Shown one piece after another: positions 12,339-23,842 of a stretch of 64,000 nt of DNA. This stretch comes from Basidiobolus meristosporus CBS 931.73 (taxonomy: Eukaryota; Fungi; Basidiobolomycota). How positions within the stretch are numbered: position 1 is the first letter of the stretch; each line of letters opens with the position of its first letter. The notes below the pieces were generated by a model, which did not search any database, was not told where the DNA came from, and saw only the letters and a list, made by a program, of their open reading frames with translations. The position numbers and the translations under genes are program-made. Location: contig MCFE01000455.1 of assembly GCA_002104905.1 (NCBI GenBank), positions 1 through 64,000 of the forward strand. The letters are read 5' to 3'.

Positions 12339-12360
12339 AGTGCCAGATCGATCTGGCACT
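12339..12360. repeat. 22-bp perfect palindrome within the TGGCAC/GTGCCA subterminal array of the PHIS right end
   Basis: AGTGCCAGATCGATCTGGCACT, flanked by further GTGCC and GGCACTA units in 12318-12390. Confidence 0.85.
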
Positions 12361-12843
12361 ATAAACCGGCTGGCACTATGTGGCACTATCCAACGGAACA
12401 AGTCTACTAACTACAAATATACAAATGGGATATTTGATGGCAAATCAGGCAGCTTGTGTACTGGTCAATGAGCTAATTGGGGGCTGATAGCTTCAGGACA
12501 CTTTTTCACTAATCAACCACTGACATACTGCCCAATTTGAGTGATGGTAACAGAAATCATAAGTATCAGTGTAGTTTATACTGTGACATGAGTTTATTTC
12601 CTTTAACATTAAAGAAACATATCCTAATACCAGATATTACATGATGCAAACATTACCGGTTGGCCCAGTCATCTGTGACAACCTCATTGTGTAGATTGCG
12701 CCATTGTGTGCAAGATTTTCCCACATAATGAAAAAATGTCTAAGAACAATCACACCTACTGGTATCCACAATATTGCATCCAATCATTCTTAACATCTAC
12801 GGAGTGCACTGTGCACCCTGGCACAGTACAATGGTACAAGTCT

Positions 12844-14559
12844 ATCATATGAGAAAGTATTATCATGCCTTTTCATGGCTTCTTCAAATGATAAGATCTC
12901 TTTGAGTGTTAGGTTTCCATCACCAATAACAAGATGCTTAAGTCTCTAAGGTATAGGAAATATATCTTCAAGTGTTTCTTCTGGTGGTCTGATATAATCA
13001 GCAGGTCAAGATCCATCAGTCAAAGGTGTAAGTGATAGTATAATTTTTTGTTCAACTGTCTTGTATTTTGTTCAAATATGGCTGCCTGCTCCTGTATACC
13101 TAATGAGCAGCTCTAAAAGCTGGGGTGTATATTTTCTTGCTCCTCATCTTCTTCTATATCAGGATATGCCTTCTGGCAGGCAGTATCTGTCCTCTTATTT
13201 TTGGGTATTACACCACAGATGGTTGACTGTAATCCTGGGCTTAATCCTGGTATAGTGTAGCACAGTGACCCATTGAAATAGTTGGTAGCTGTGGCCTTTG
13301 CACTGGTTTCCCATGGCCTACCTAGCAGAAGGTCAAAGTTTGCCTCTGGCAGATAAAGAGGGAAAGCTCAACCATGATTTCTTGTGCCTCAATAAGGAAC
13401 TTGTGCACTACATTGTAGAGTGGACTAGATCCTGAGTTTGCATCAGTCATGTTCCATCCAATATCTTTAGCTACATACAGTAACTCCTTACTTCCAAGTG
13501 TCTTCCAAAAGTCTAGCAGCATAAAGCAAATCTTTGAATCAAATTCAATATGACAGTCAACAGGGCCACTATATATTTCCTTTCACCACAGCAGTTGCAA
13601 CTGAGTAAAAGGTCTTATACCCAGTACTGTCAGAATTCTTTTGGTGGCCTTCATGGCTTGTCTGAATTATATGAGTATCCATGTGTTCACAGCTTGTTGT
13701 CTTGTTCTAAGCTGCTCCTCAAAGGTCTTCCTAATAGATGGGGATACATTCATGATCTCTCCAACCAACAAAGTGTGGCTCTGTTTCAACAGCTTCTCAG
13801 TAATCAGTTAAGGGTTTGAGTAGCTGACCATCTTTAAGGCCATCTGAAAGTGCAGTTAGGGACCTTGGGTGGGCAGCATACTAGGCCTCTTGTCTATGAC
13901 AACTTTAGGCTCTTCAAATCGTGGTCTTTTGACAATGGGCTTGGCAGGTTCTTCAGGAAGGTGTCTTTTGAAAGCAAAGGAATTAACTTTGTATTGCCTG
14001 CTGTCTGTACTGCTGCAGCTCACACCTTGAATCCCAATAGTGGCATTAACTGTAATGTATCTGGTTGCTGAGTTGGATTTCTGAAAATGAGCTCTCATCC
14101 CTACTCTTTGGAGGGGATCCTTCTTCCTTTCTTGTCAGAAAGCATTCCATCAGCATCAGGTGTTCAGTTCCTTCTCCAAGTAGCTGACTAAGCACTGAGT
14201 AAGCTCTTCTGGCATGCTGAGCAGAATCACTCCAGATGCAATATCTGTGCAAAGGTCTTTGGCTCTCAGTAGCTTCAGCTGAGCCTTTAATCTTGCAGGC
14301 TAGCTTTTGCAGATGTTCAGCAAGTTGGTCAATACTGTTGGTAGTATAGGTTTGATTGTCAGCAGCAGCACTCCTTGGCTCCTTGGTCAACTGGTGCAGT
14401 AGATTAGACTTCAAGAGTCTCATAAAGGTGGAAGTCTGTTTTGCCTCTAGAGAATATGTTTCATCTTTGCAATGCATGGAATGCCAAACTTGTCTTCCTT
14501 GGCTGAATGTAGGTCAACTTTCTTTGCCAAGTCTTGAGAATGTCCTTTTGGAAGGTAAA
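12844..14559 (-). pseudogene. gag: Ylt1-like Ty3/Gypsy gag and protease-region fragment
   Basis: Degenerate knuckle RYCIWSDSAQHARRAYSVL..LLGEG and protease-like AKDIGWNMTDANSGSSPLY. Contiguous with 5521-6539 once the PHIS copy (TSD ATC) is removed. Confidence 0.6.
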
Positions 14560-15536
14560 AGACATGTCCTGTTGGATAGTGCCACATAGTGCCAGCCTAT
14601 TTATAGTGCCAGATTGATCTGGCACTCTACAGCACTATCTGGCACTATAATTTCTACCATGATGCTAGTGGTATGATACAGTTACTGGTAATTTTACTCA
14701 ATCTTACTTATGTTGCTCAGAATAGTGCTTTTCTTGCTTTATTTGCTCTTCATAATGCTCCAGACACATTTCTCTCAGTGATGTCTTCTTGTATGAGCAT
14801 ACTGTGCATTAAAAAGTCCCTTGACTATTTTACCTATTCTGCTGTTTTCTCCTATATATGACTTTCCTCTGTATTTACCTGCCAATATGCTGAATCTCTT
14901 CAGATATCCAAATGTGTGCTCTACCATCACTCTGAAATGATTAAATATCTCATTGTAGAGCTTCTGCTTCCAGCTAAGCACACCATTCCTTGGCTTCCTA
15001 TAAGCTGTAATACATCCTAATCCCTGAAAATCCTCTCCTATATAGGCTAAGTCTGCCATACATTTCTCCCCTCTACTGAATTCTGGATGATTCTCTACCC
15101 AGAGTGCTTTGTTATGCCTACTTCCAGCAAATGGCCCACTAAACCAGATGATGTTACCCTCAATGTCAGACAGTGCTTTAAACTTCACACAGTGTGCCTT
15201 GTACTTGCCAGAATAAAAGTGCCTCTGCCCTCTAGAAGGTCTGTTAATCCTCACTGTGAAGGTATCCAAAATACTCCTGATATGAAACCTGTTGCTGAAC
15301 ACTCTGTGATATGGAAGTCTATTGGAGCTTCTGAACCTAGTATTCCAAGCTTGCTCCAAGTAATTCATACACTCAGCAAGGTGGTTCTCCATTGCTGTCA
15401 GCTGGGAATGAAAGCTTTTAGGACTTTTATTGCCATGGATAGTGGGATGAAACCTTGTAGGGTAATATTTCTTGTAATAGCAGAGACGCTTAACATGGGA
15501 TCTCCTTGAGTAGATTGGGGCTGATGGTCCACAGTA
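14560..15536 (-). mobile_element. Truncated PHIS copy: right end and most of the transposase
   Basis: Degenerate TIR AGACATGTCCTGTTGG at 14560. ORF 14775-15584 carries the DDE motifs. Cut exactly at the CACTA terminus at 15537. Confidence 0.88.
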
Positions 15537-16014
15537 CCATATCAAAAATAATTTGGTCCTGCGGGTGGATCCAATCCGGATCATCCGTCAAGATCCCGTT
15601 CAGAGACCGTCATAATAACAGCAGCTTGGAATTAGTGACCCTCCTGATGATCTCATAACAAGATCATGACAGTGTTTTGCAAATTTTACAGCCAAATAAA
15701 GGGATAAAGCTTGACAACTTTTGATTGGTGCTGTGTCAATATTTGCATATTATTGTTGCGGTCTTTCAGCGCTCTATTACTATTTTAATGGGATCTAGTT
15801 GGCCAGGACTTCCAATTGCCTTATATGGCAAGAAACATGACGGTATCTTGATGGCCTCACAGCAAGACTCTGATGGCTTTTTTTTGGCATTAAGACGGCC
15901 TGCCACTGGTTATGTATAATGCTACCATACCAGTTTACCAAGTGGTATTTCCCTTTTCTACCTCCCCTTGTGCAATTCATATATTCCACTGTAGAATCAC
16001 CTTTCTTTATTTGC

Positions 16015-18545
16015 TTACCCACTACTACCTTGGGTATTCCATATATAGTTTGAATCAAAAAAAACTATGGCCTCCTGCTTACTATCCTCTACAAACACGC
16101 ACACCTGCCGCAATTGACATACTTCTATCACCTCAACTTTACGGCTTTTTAGTGTGATACTTGCAAAGTTGCCATATACCTTATACTGCTGGTAGCATAT
16201 ATATCTTGCAAACATATGCTTGGTTGTTGCCACTTCTGCCATGAATACCTCCTGAATATTGCCATAGAACTTCTTGGTATTTAGCCAATATATTCCTTCT
16301 CACTGCTGGAGTCTAGTCCCCCTTATAGTTGCGCTCTGGCTTTTGTTTGTGTGAATTCCGTATTGAATGGTGTAGAAGTTGGCTTGTGACCATGAGAAAT
16401 CCGGCATATCTTGGTGGAGTTTTCCTGATAAAAATTAGTTGCTTGTTGCACCCAACCCAACTTTGCATTACTCAACTGATTACCCACACATTGGGGCTGC
16501 TTAGCTTCTTAATGCCATAGGCATAGGTGTCTCCATGTGCACATTTGTCCTCAGTATTTTCCAACTCTTTCTGGCTGTCCTCCATGTGCCAACTCATCAC
16601 ATCCATGACAGACTAGAAGGTAATATTCTTGATGAGATTGGGATATGGTGGTACCTGCAACTTGACTTGTCTTCCTATCTCCTCACACATCCGCTCCGTA
16701 GGAAACTCCCAAAAGGTGAAGCAAGGCCCAATATTCTTCACACACCGTGCAAGATGGAGTAGAGAATAGATACAGTGGCGGCAGAGATCTACATGTTCAG
16801 CTTTATGTTTGTGGTATAGCTGCTCAAATCCTGTCACAAACTCCTCACACAATAGCTGTAGATGTGTCAAGTTGGCATTGGTGATCTGCTTCTGGATAAA
16901 TATTCCTACAATGTCCACATATGACTCCCAGTGCTTCCAATGTACTCTTGGTAGGAATGGCTTCAGAGCACCACTTGAATAAATACCTATCCAGTTCATC
17001 CAGTCTTTGCATTTGTATTGTTGCATATGCGTATGAATCTTAATAAGAGCCCATGAGAAGTACTTAGGGTAGTGGATACTCTGTAATATCTTGCCAATTT
17101 TTTCAAATTCCTCCGGTATCTCAAATGGCTCATTTAGCCTGAAATGCCCCATGTCCAACTTGGCCATCAGTATAGAGATATTTTTGAAAAGCAAATGCAT
17201 TGCTCCCAGTGGAAAGCTTTTGCTCCAACAGATACCCTCTATCTTAAGTATCTCCGGTTTCCAATTGATTCCATATTCCAGCCAATGGCTTATAGCTTGC
17301 CAACTTTGCTGCATTTGCATGCTTACTTCTGTACATTCTCTCTGTGGAAAGATGATGTTCTTAGTGCTGGTGTTTGGGTAATAATAATGTGTGTGAGTTA
17401 TGGAGTAAATCCCCCAGATCTCACACATTCAACAGCAATACCATCCATTGTGCCCGGAAAAACCTGCTATCTTGCTGATGGCTGGGGTATCTCCAATGCA
17501 GATAATAATATGCACTTTTATATGATGGCCATTTACCGTTATCCCGCTGGAAAGCATACAAAATTCATTCAGCAATGGATACAGGTAGCTATCCAGGTTG
17601 GACGGTGATTTAGGCCCAGATACCAGTGAGACTACCATCAGATTATTGCTCTAATACCGTAAGATGGGCAGCAGATTCAGATTGATGAGAATCAGTGGCC
17701 AGCAGGATTTGCTGGTAGAGTACTTGTTTAATGAGAATCCATCAAGTGCTAAAGCAAAGGCATGGTCATACATACCTTCAAAGTAGCCCTTGCTTCTTGG
17801 CTGTTTGTAATGTTTGCCATTGAATATATTGGATATGTTTGCATTTGATTGATACTGAGTGCGGTACTGTATGGCTTTGCAATATTTGTCAGACTGCATC
17901 AGCTTTCTCAGACGGGGTATGACAGAATATATCCAGAGTGTGAACAATGTTTTCCCTCAATAGTGGTGGATTCCTGACAATTTGGACACGTTGCAATGGT
18001 ATCATTTTGGATGTGAATGCCATGCAACTGTTAACACATGCAGGAATCAGGACAGTCTCTGGATCATATGTTGCCAGCAGCATGACGGTTGTCCACTTGT
18101 ACCATGTACATGGTAAGTTGCATCCCAGCTTGATTTTGGCAAGAAGTAGTAATAAATCCTCAAAGCCCCCATTACTGATATTAGTGGAAACGTGCAACTT
18201 CTCTAGCCACAACATCACATCATTCACCAGTAGATGGATTACTGGGCTCACTTGGCTCCATAAAGTATCCTTGGCATTTGTCTCAATGGGTGTTTTCTCA
18301 TTGCATATAGAGATTTGACCAGGCTCATAGGTGGTACTGTTGTTAGGGGAGATAGGCTCAAAATCCATCAGTGAACCTTCTTTGTCAGAGCTATCACTCT
18401 GCATGCCATATTCAGAAGGCTGAGGTGAGCCCAAAGGCATCACAAACTCACCTGACTCAGTTTGCGCAAGGTGACAAAGACAGCCAGGTGCCAATATAGA
18501 AGTATCAACTGGCCAGCAAGATAATGTTGCTACAGTAGTGACCAA
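16015..18545 (-). pseudogene. CACTA Transposase_21 (tnp2) with DUF4218-like C-terminus, disrupted
   Basis: ACVNSCMAF zinc motif; ALALDGF..CWPLILINLNL; GPKSPSNLDSYLYPL; IGDTPAISKIAGFSGHNG; LLHLARCVKNIGPCFTFWEFPTERMC. Confidence 0.9.
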
Positions 18546-18926
18546 TGAATGGTCAAATATGACTTAGGTGGCAAAACACTGGTGGTGATCCTTGTAATAC
18601 TTCATATGCTGTCTGCATGCTTCATGGCTGAGAGGCTTGCCACAATAGCCACATGGTCTTTTTTCTCTTCTCTTACAGCATTGAGTCAAAGTAGTCTTGT
18701 CCATGGGGCAAACAGTTTGACCTTCAACAACATAATGCTATTATATCACTTCTTGGTCAATACTCATGTGAACTAAAGACAGTCTTGTATTTGAGACATT
18801 GCACCTACATGAATGTAAGATTCAATAATGACCTGCCATAGTAAGCATTATAAATAAAGTCGTGGCACCACATACACATGTATATGTAACACTATTTCCC
18901 CTTTGGTTTGACTCACTTCCATATAT

Positions 18927-21004
18927 ATGCCACCAAAAAATAAAGCAAAGTTGTCTGGTTCTCAACCAAGCCCCACAGCTAATGGCAACAGAAGAGCAGT
19001 TGGACAACAGCTTGCTTTGACATTCAGTGCAACAAGCAGGGCTACATCCAAAAAAGGCCCTGTGGACAGTGTGCCCATTGAAGGTAATAATGCGGACTCC
19101 TCAGGCTCTCAGTCAAGTAGGCAATTGAGAACCTCTGCAGAGCCACAAGCTGACTGTTATGCTCAGGCAGATGAGAATGTAGCAAATGCAGTACCATCTG
19201 TTGAAGATCAGCAAGTGGCCATGATAACATCACCACCACCCATATTAGCAAGTATGTTGTCAGCTCCTACCAAAGCATTAATGAAACAATTAGGTGCAGT
19301 GGCTGATAGGATAGATGCAATGGCCCAGAGAAATCAGGACATAGTCCAGAAACAGGATGAGCGGATCATACGTGTAGAGCAATCAATATCCCAGGTAGAG
19401 AAAGCAGTATCTTTGCTGCAAAGAAGGAACTCAAGTAGCTCAATGTCACAGCCAAGAATTGAGCCATTTCCTGATGTAACAGCAGAGGAACACTGTACAG
19501 TCTTTGAAGCACAACAACAGTGCCCAAAGATAAAGCCCACAGAAAACCTATTACAGCATGGGAGGGAGACAATGTGATATTTATACCAAATCCTAAAAAT
19601 CAAAAGACATTGAAGATCCGTGAAGCCATTGAGTGCAATAATGAAGAGTGGGCTAATATACAAGAGGCTGTCAGAAGTCTAGCACACCATCACCTTAAGG
19701 CCGGCATACCGTGGGACCATCAGGAACTCAAGGTCAAGCAGAATGCACTTGACTTGTTCCATGAGCATTATCCTGGATTCAAACAGGCAAACAGATTTTG
19801 GGCCAGCATTGGTATGCTAAGAAAGTATCTTAAGAATTGCAGAAACTATCAAAGGCAGAAGAACAAGGGTGCCATGGCTAAAAACCAGCGGCTTCCTCAA
19901 GAGCCTGTTACAAGCAGGGCCAAAAGCTCCAGACAAGTGTCAAAGAGACGTCAGGCAGCTGGAAAAGTGCCAATTAAGGACAAGCAGGCAGACATGGATG
20001 CACCAGCACAACATTTATCAAGGAAAATGCGTAGTACCACTCAAGAAGCACCCAGTCAAAGTAGCAGTGAAGGACCTGGCAGTGATAAAAACCAGCCACG
20101 TTTACAGGAGCCAGTCACAACTACAGTTGAGAGCTCAAAACAAGCTGAAATGAAACGTCAGGTTGCCAGAAGAATGCCAGCAAGGGACAAGCAGGCCAAA
20201 ACAGATGTGCCAGAGCAGAATCTATCCAGGAGAAAACGTAGTTCTTTACAAGAAGCCCTCAGACAAAGTAGCAGTGAAAGACCTGGCAGTGATAAAGGAA
20301 AAGGTAAAGGGAAAAATGTCTAGCCAAGCCTGAGACAGGGAGGCATGCAAGAAAAACTGCAGTTCTTGCCAATTAACGCCGCAAGCCAGGAACAGACGGA
20401 ATCCCATCATAGACAAGAAGAATTACCAACAAGAAAACAGCTTTTTTCATAAGAGTTGGAAGCGCAGCCAGTTGAGCTACACTCCAGCAAGGTAGATGAG
20501 TTTGCTGAAAAAGGTAATTTGTCTACCACAGCCTCCACAGCCTCCAGAGCCTCCATTGTTGACAGAGTGGAGATCCCACTGACAGACAAGGCTACCATGT
20601 CAAGAGCTCAAAAGACTATCACAATGCCTTCAGTGGAATTTTGGAACATAAATAGGCACACTAAGAGGTTGCAGCACTTCTTTAAGAGCAGTGCTCAAGA
20701 AAACACACTGGAATATTGCATGGGTTTATTGAAAAGACTGGCAGATGAGGAGCTAGACCTTGCAGTGTCAGCTGAAGACCAGGACGTGTGGGAACCAGTG
20801 AATGAACAGCGGCATAAAGCCGTTGGGTTCCCGCCAAAGTCATGGAACCAGAGCGTTACAGCAGAAATACTTATTGAGTAGTGAATTTTAATGGAGTTAC
20901 TTGTTGAGTGGGGGGTTGGGCTTAATGTTAGTGTAGGGTATAGAGACTTGTATAGGTCAATACAATTAGCAGTTGAGGTACAATGGAAGTTTCAACAGAA
21001 ATAA
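18927..21004 (+). pseudogene. CACTA ORF2, ~690-aa unknown protein (one frameshift, several stops)
   Basis: ORFs 18927-19577, 19520-20323 and 20456-20881. The stops at 20321 and near 20450 are sense codons in the 47580-47720 copy, which joins the pieces into one ORF. Confidence 0.65.
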
Positions 21005-21327
21005 ATCAATTTGTATGCATGAAAAGTAAGAGAAACGGCTGAGTCAGGAAGTAAGGAGTGTGAAAAAGAGGCAATAGCCAATCAATTCACACAAATGTAG
21101 GAGGTGATAGAGTGTCTGGGATCAGAAAGTGAGCAAGGAACCAATCTAAAGCCACTTATAGATTGTTGTGATGAAAAATTTTGACAAAGTTTTTTGTGAA
21201 ATCTGAGGTGCAATTATTTTTCAACAGTCTCTGGGCGGAGTCCTGACAAGATCAGTACCTCTCAGTCACAGGACATTAACTTTGTGATGGCCTTTTGACG
21301 GGATCATCTCAATAATTTTTCATAGGG

Positions 21328-22281
21328 CTAATGCTTATGGAGCAGGTTAAGTGTACTTAGCATTGCTTTGAGTTCCTGATAGCTCCATTGTATGGCAGCC
21401 TTGAGGTGATACAATGCTAGACTTCCTATGGCATCTTGAATATTAATCAACTCTTGATCATTGAACTCAACAGCTTTGTGGATATTCAATGTCTTCAAAC
21501 TTTAGGCTTGCGTATATATATCACAGTTTTTCCATCCTATTCAGTGATAGAGTTTTCTGTGGGCTATATCTTTAGGCACTGCTGTTATGCTTCAAAGACC
21601 ATAGGGTATTCCTCTGCTGTTACATTTGGAAACAGCTTAATTCTTGGCAATGACATTGAGCTACTTGACTTCATTCTTTGCAGCCTCAATACTGCATTTG
21701 CTGCCTGGGATACTGATTGCTCAATATGCATTATTTGCTCATTGTGTTGCTGAGCTATATCCTCACTTTTCTGGGTAATTGCATATATACTATCAGCATA
21801 GCACCTAATTGCCTTATTAATAGTGTGGTATGAGCTGACAACATACTTGCCAATACTGGTGGGGGTGATATTGTGATGGTCACTTGCTGGTCTTCCAATG
21901 GATGTGCTGCTTTACTACATTCTCATCTGCAGGAGCATTATGGCCAGCTTGCAGCTCTGCAGTGATTCTGAGCTGCCTACTTTACTGAGAGCTTGAGGAA
22001 TCATGGCAAGTGTTTTGACACACAAGTCATATTTGTCCATTCACCAGTCACTGCTATACCAGCCATATATTGCTGGCCACTAAGTACCTCTATATCAGCA
22101 CCTGGCCATACTTGTCACCGTATGCTAGCAGAGTCAGGAGAGTTTGCAACACCTTTGGGCTCACCCCAGTCTTCTGAATATGGCATGCAGAGTTAAAGCT
22201 CTCAAGAAGTAGGCTCAACAATGGATTGTGAGAGTATCTTCCACAACAACAGTACCCTGCATGAGCCTGGCAAGTTCCTGT
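21328..22281. mobile_element. Inverted, older CACTA fragment (ORF2 5' part and transposase start); continues at 26923-26970
   Basis: Reverse-complement match to 18300-18520 and 18980-19780. The host sequence resumes after the Gypsy insertion. Confidence 0.75.
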
Positions 22282-22659
22282 TGTTACAAGTCTTAGTATA
22301 AGAGTTGTAGAGGAATAGGGAGTTTAGCTAGTATTGTATTCACTAAAATTTGAACTGATTTTTATTGATGTTCCAGCAGCTCCTTATATACATTTTGCCA
22401 GATCAATTGCTGACTAATTGCATTTCCTAATGTAGGTTGTGGCTGATGACTCATTTGATTGCATCATCATCTCCCAACAAGATCCTACTTAATATATCTA
22501 TTTCTGTCTGATAAGGATCTGCTGATTCATTTGCTGACTAATGCTACTGATTTCATAGATAATATCAATATACTGATAACCTAAACATTTACTAATTGAT
22601 TTGACTAAAAATTGATCTAACTTAAACATTCAAGCGGCAGATCATAACATTTTCCCTTA

Positions 22660-23750
22660 CTAAAGTTGAGAGGGTTCTCCTGAATCTCTTTTCTTGTGAT
22701 ACCAATATCTTGATGGTTCAGTATTATCAGCAAGTCTTGCAAGCTTGAGTCTGTCTCTATGCACTAAGTCTTCCCGGATATTGCCTTGCTTGTCCACCAG
22801 TTGGTAAGTTGCAAATGGACATTCTCTGATGATCTTGAATGGTCCTGTCCGTTGTGGCTCAAACTTCTTCCAAGTGTTGTTTCTTAGCAACGCAAAGTTC
22901 CCAACTGTCAATGCTTCTGGTGCTATAGTCTTATCAAATCTTTGTTTCATCTTTTCTGCACTTTGAGATACTTTGGTCTCTGCCTCTTGACATCCTTGTT
23001 CCAGTGGCTGGTGTCTACTTGGCTGACTGAGTTCATCTTCTAAGGTGTTTGTAAGCTTTGGTTGTGTGAGATCTCCTGAAATTCTTGGTTCACATCCATA
23101 CACTAAGTAAAATGGTGACTGCTGGGTGGTGTTGTGTACTCTGACTCTGCATGCAAAGGGTGCTTGGTCTATATACTCATCCCATCTACAGACAACTCCA
23201 TTTGCATACTTGGTCAGCATTTTTCCAAATAATCCATTAAACCGCTCAGTAACTCCATTAGTTCTGAGGTGATATGCCAAGGTTTTCAGGTGTCTGATCT
23301 GCTGCATTTCCAGGTAAGCCTCTAATGTCTTTGCCATAAAGTTTGCTCCTCTATCAGATAAGATCTCCACTGGGCATCCAAACTTCATCAGGATCACATG
23401 GTAAATGAAACTTGCAACTTCTTGTTCACTGGCTATTGGTACAGCTTTAGCAACTTGCCATTTAGTGGCATGGTCAATTGCTACTAGGATCCAACAGTTG
23501 CATTTCCTGGTAGTTGGCAGTCTTCCAATAAAGTCAATTCCCCATCTCTCAAACAGTCTTACAGGCTCCAAAGGGAAGAGTTTGGCAATTCTTTGTGGCT
23601 GGCCTTGATTGATTTGGCAGTTTGGGCATGTTTTCACTAGCTTCTCAATATCTTGTTTCATTCTGGGCCACCATGCTCTGGCTTTCACAAGCCTATAGGT
23701 TCCTTCAATCCCAAGATGTCCATATCCATTGTGTAGCCTATGTATTAAAT
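22660..23750 (-). CDS. pol: Gypsy integrase (HHCC remnant, rve, GPY/F)
   Basis: CPNCQ, WGIDFIG, ILSDRGANF, NGVTERFNG, QRTGPFKI. No chromodomain seen. Confidence 0.88.
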
Positions 23751-23842
23751 CCAGGCAAGCAACATAAGGACAATAGGCAATAGGGCTTCCATCAACAATT
23801 TGGTAGAGTGTTTAATCCTGTAAAACAAATTTGCTGGCTTCA

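Larger units (their letters stand above)
9005..12405 (+). mobile_element. Young full-length PHIS (Pangu-like) DNA transposon, 3401 bp
   Basis: 11-bp TIR AGACTTGTTCC/GGAACAAGTCT; TSD ACT (9002-9004, 12406-12408); two divergent ORFs. Confidence 0.95.
6540..12843 (-). mobile_element. Older, internally deleted PHIS (Pangu-like) copy hosting two nested insertions
   Basis: AGACTTGTTCC at 6540 and GGTACAAGTCT ending 12843. TSD ATC on both sides (6537-6539, 12844-12846). Transposase tail at 6723-7060 (-); ORF2 remnants at 7060-9004 (+). Confidence 0.88.
15537..21327 (-). mobile_element. Near-complete CACTA/EnSpm (tnp2-type) element, ~5.8 kb
   Basis: Termini CCATATCAAAAATAATT and AATAATTTTTCATAGGG (consensus CCCTATGAAAAAT.ATT), GATC-rich subtermini, transposase on - and a second ORF on +. 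Confidence 0.85.

Noticed and set aside
9005-21327. Fanzor/TnpB or other RNA-guided nuclease cargo in the DNA transposons
   Set aside because: No RuvC/zinc-ribbon or DxNAA-type motifs are visible in either accessory ORF.
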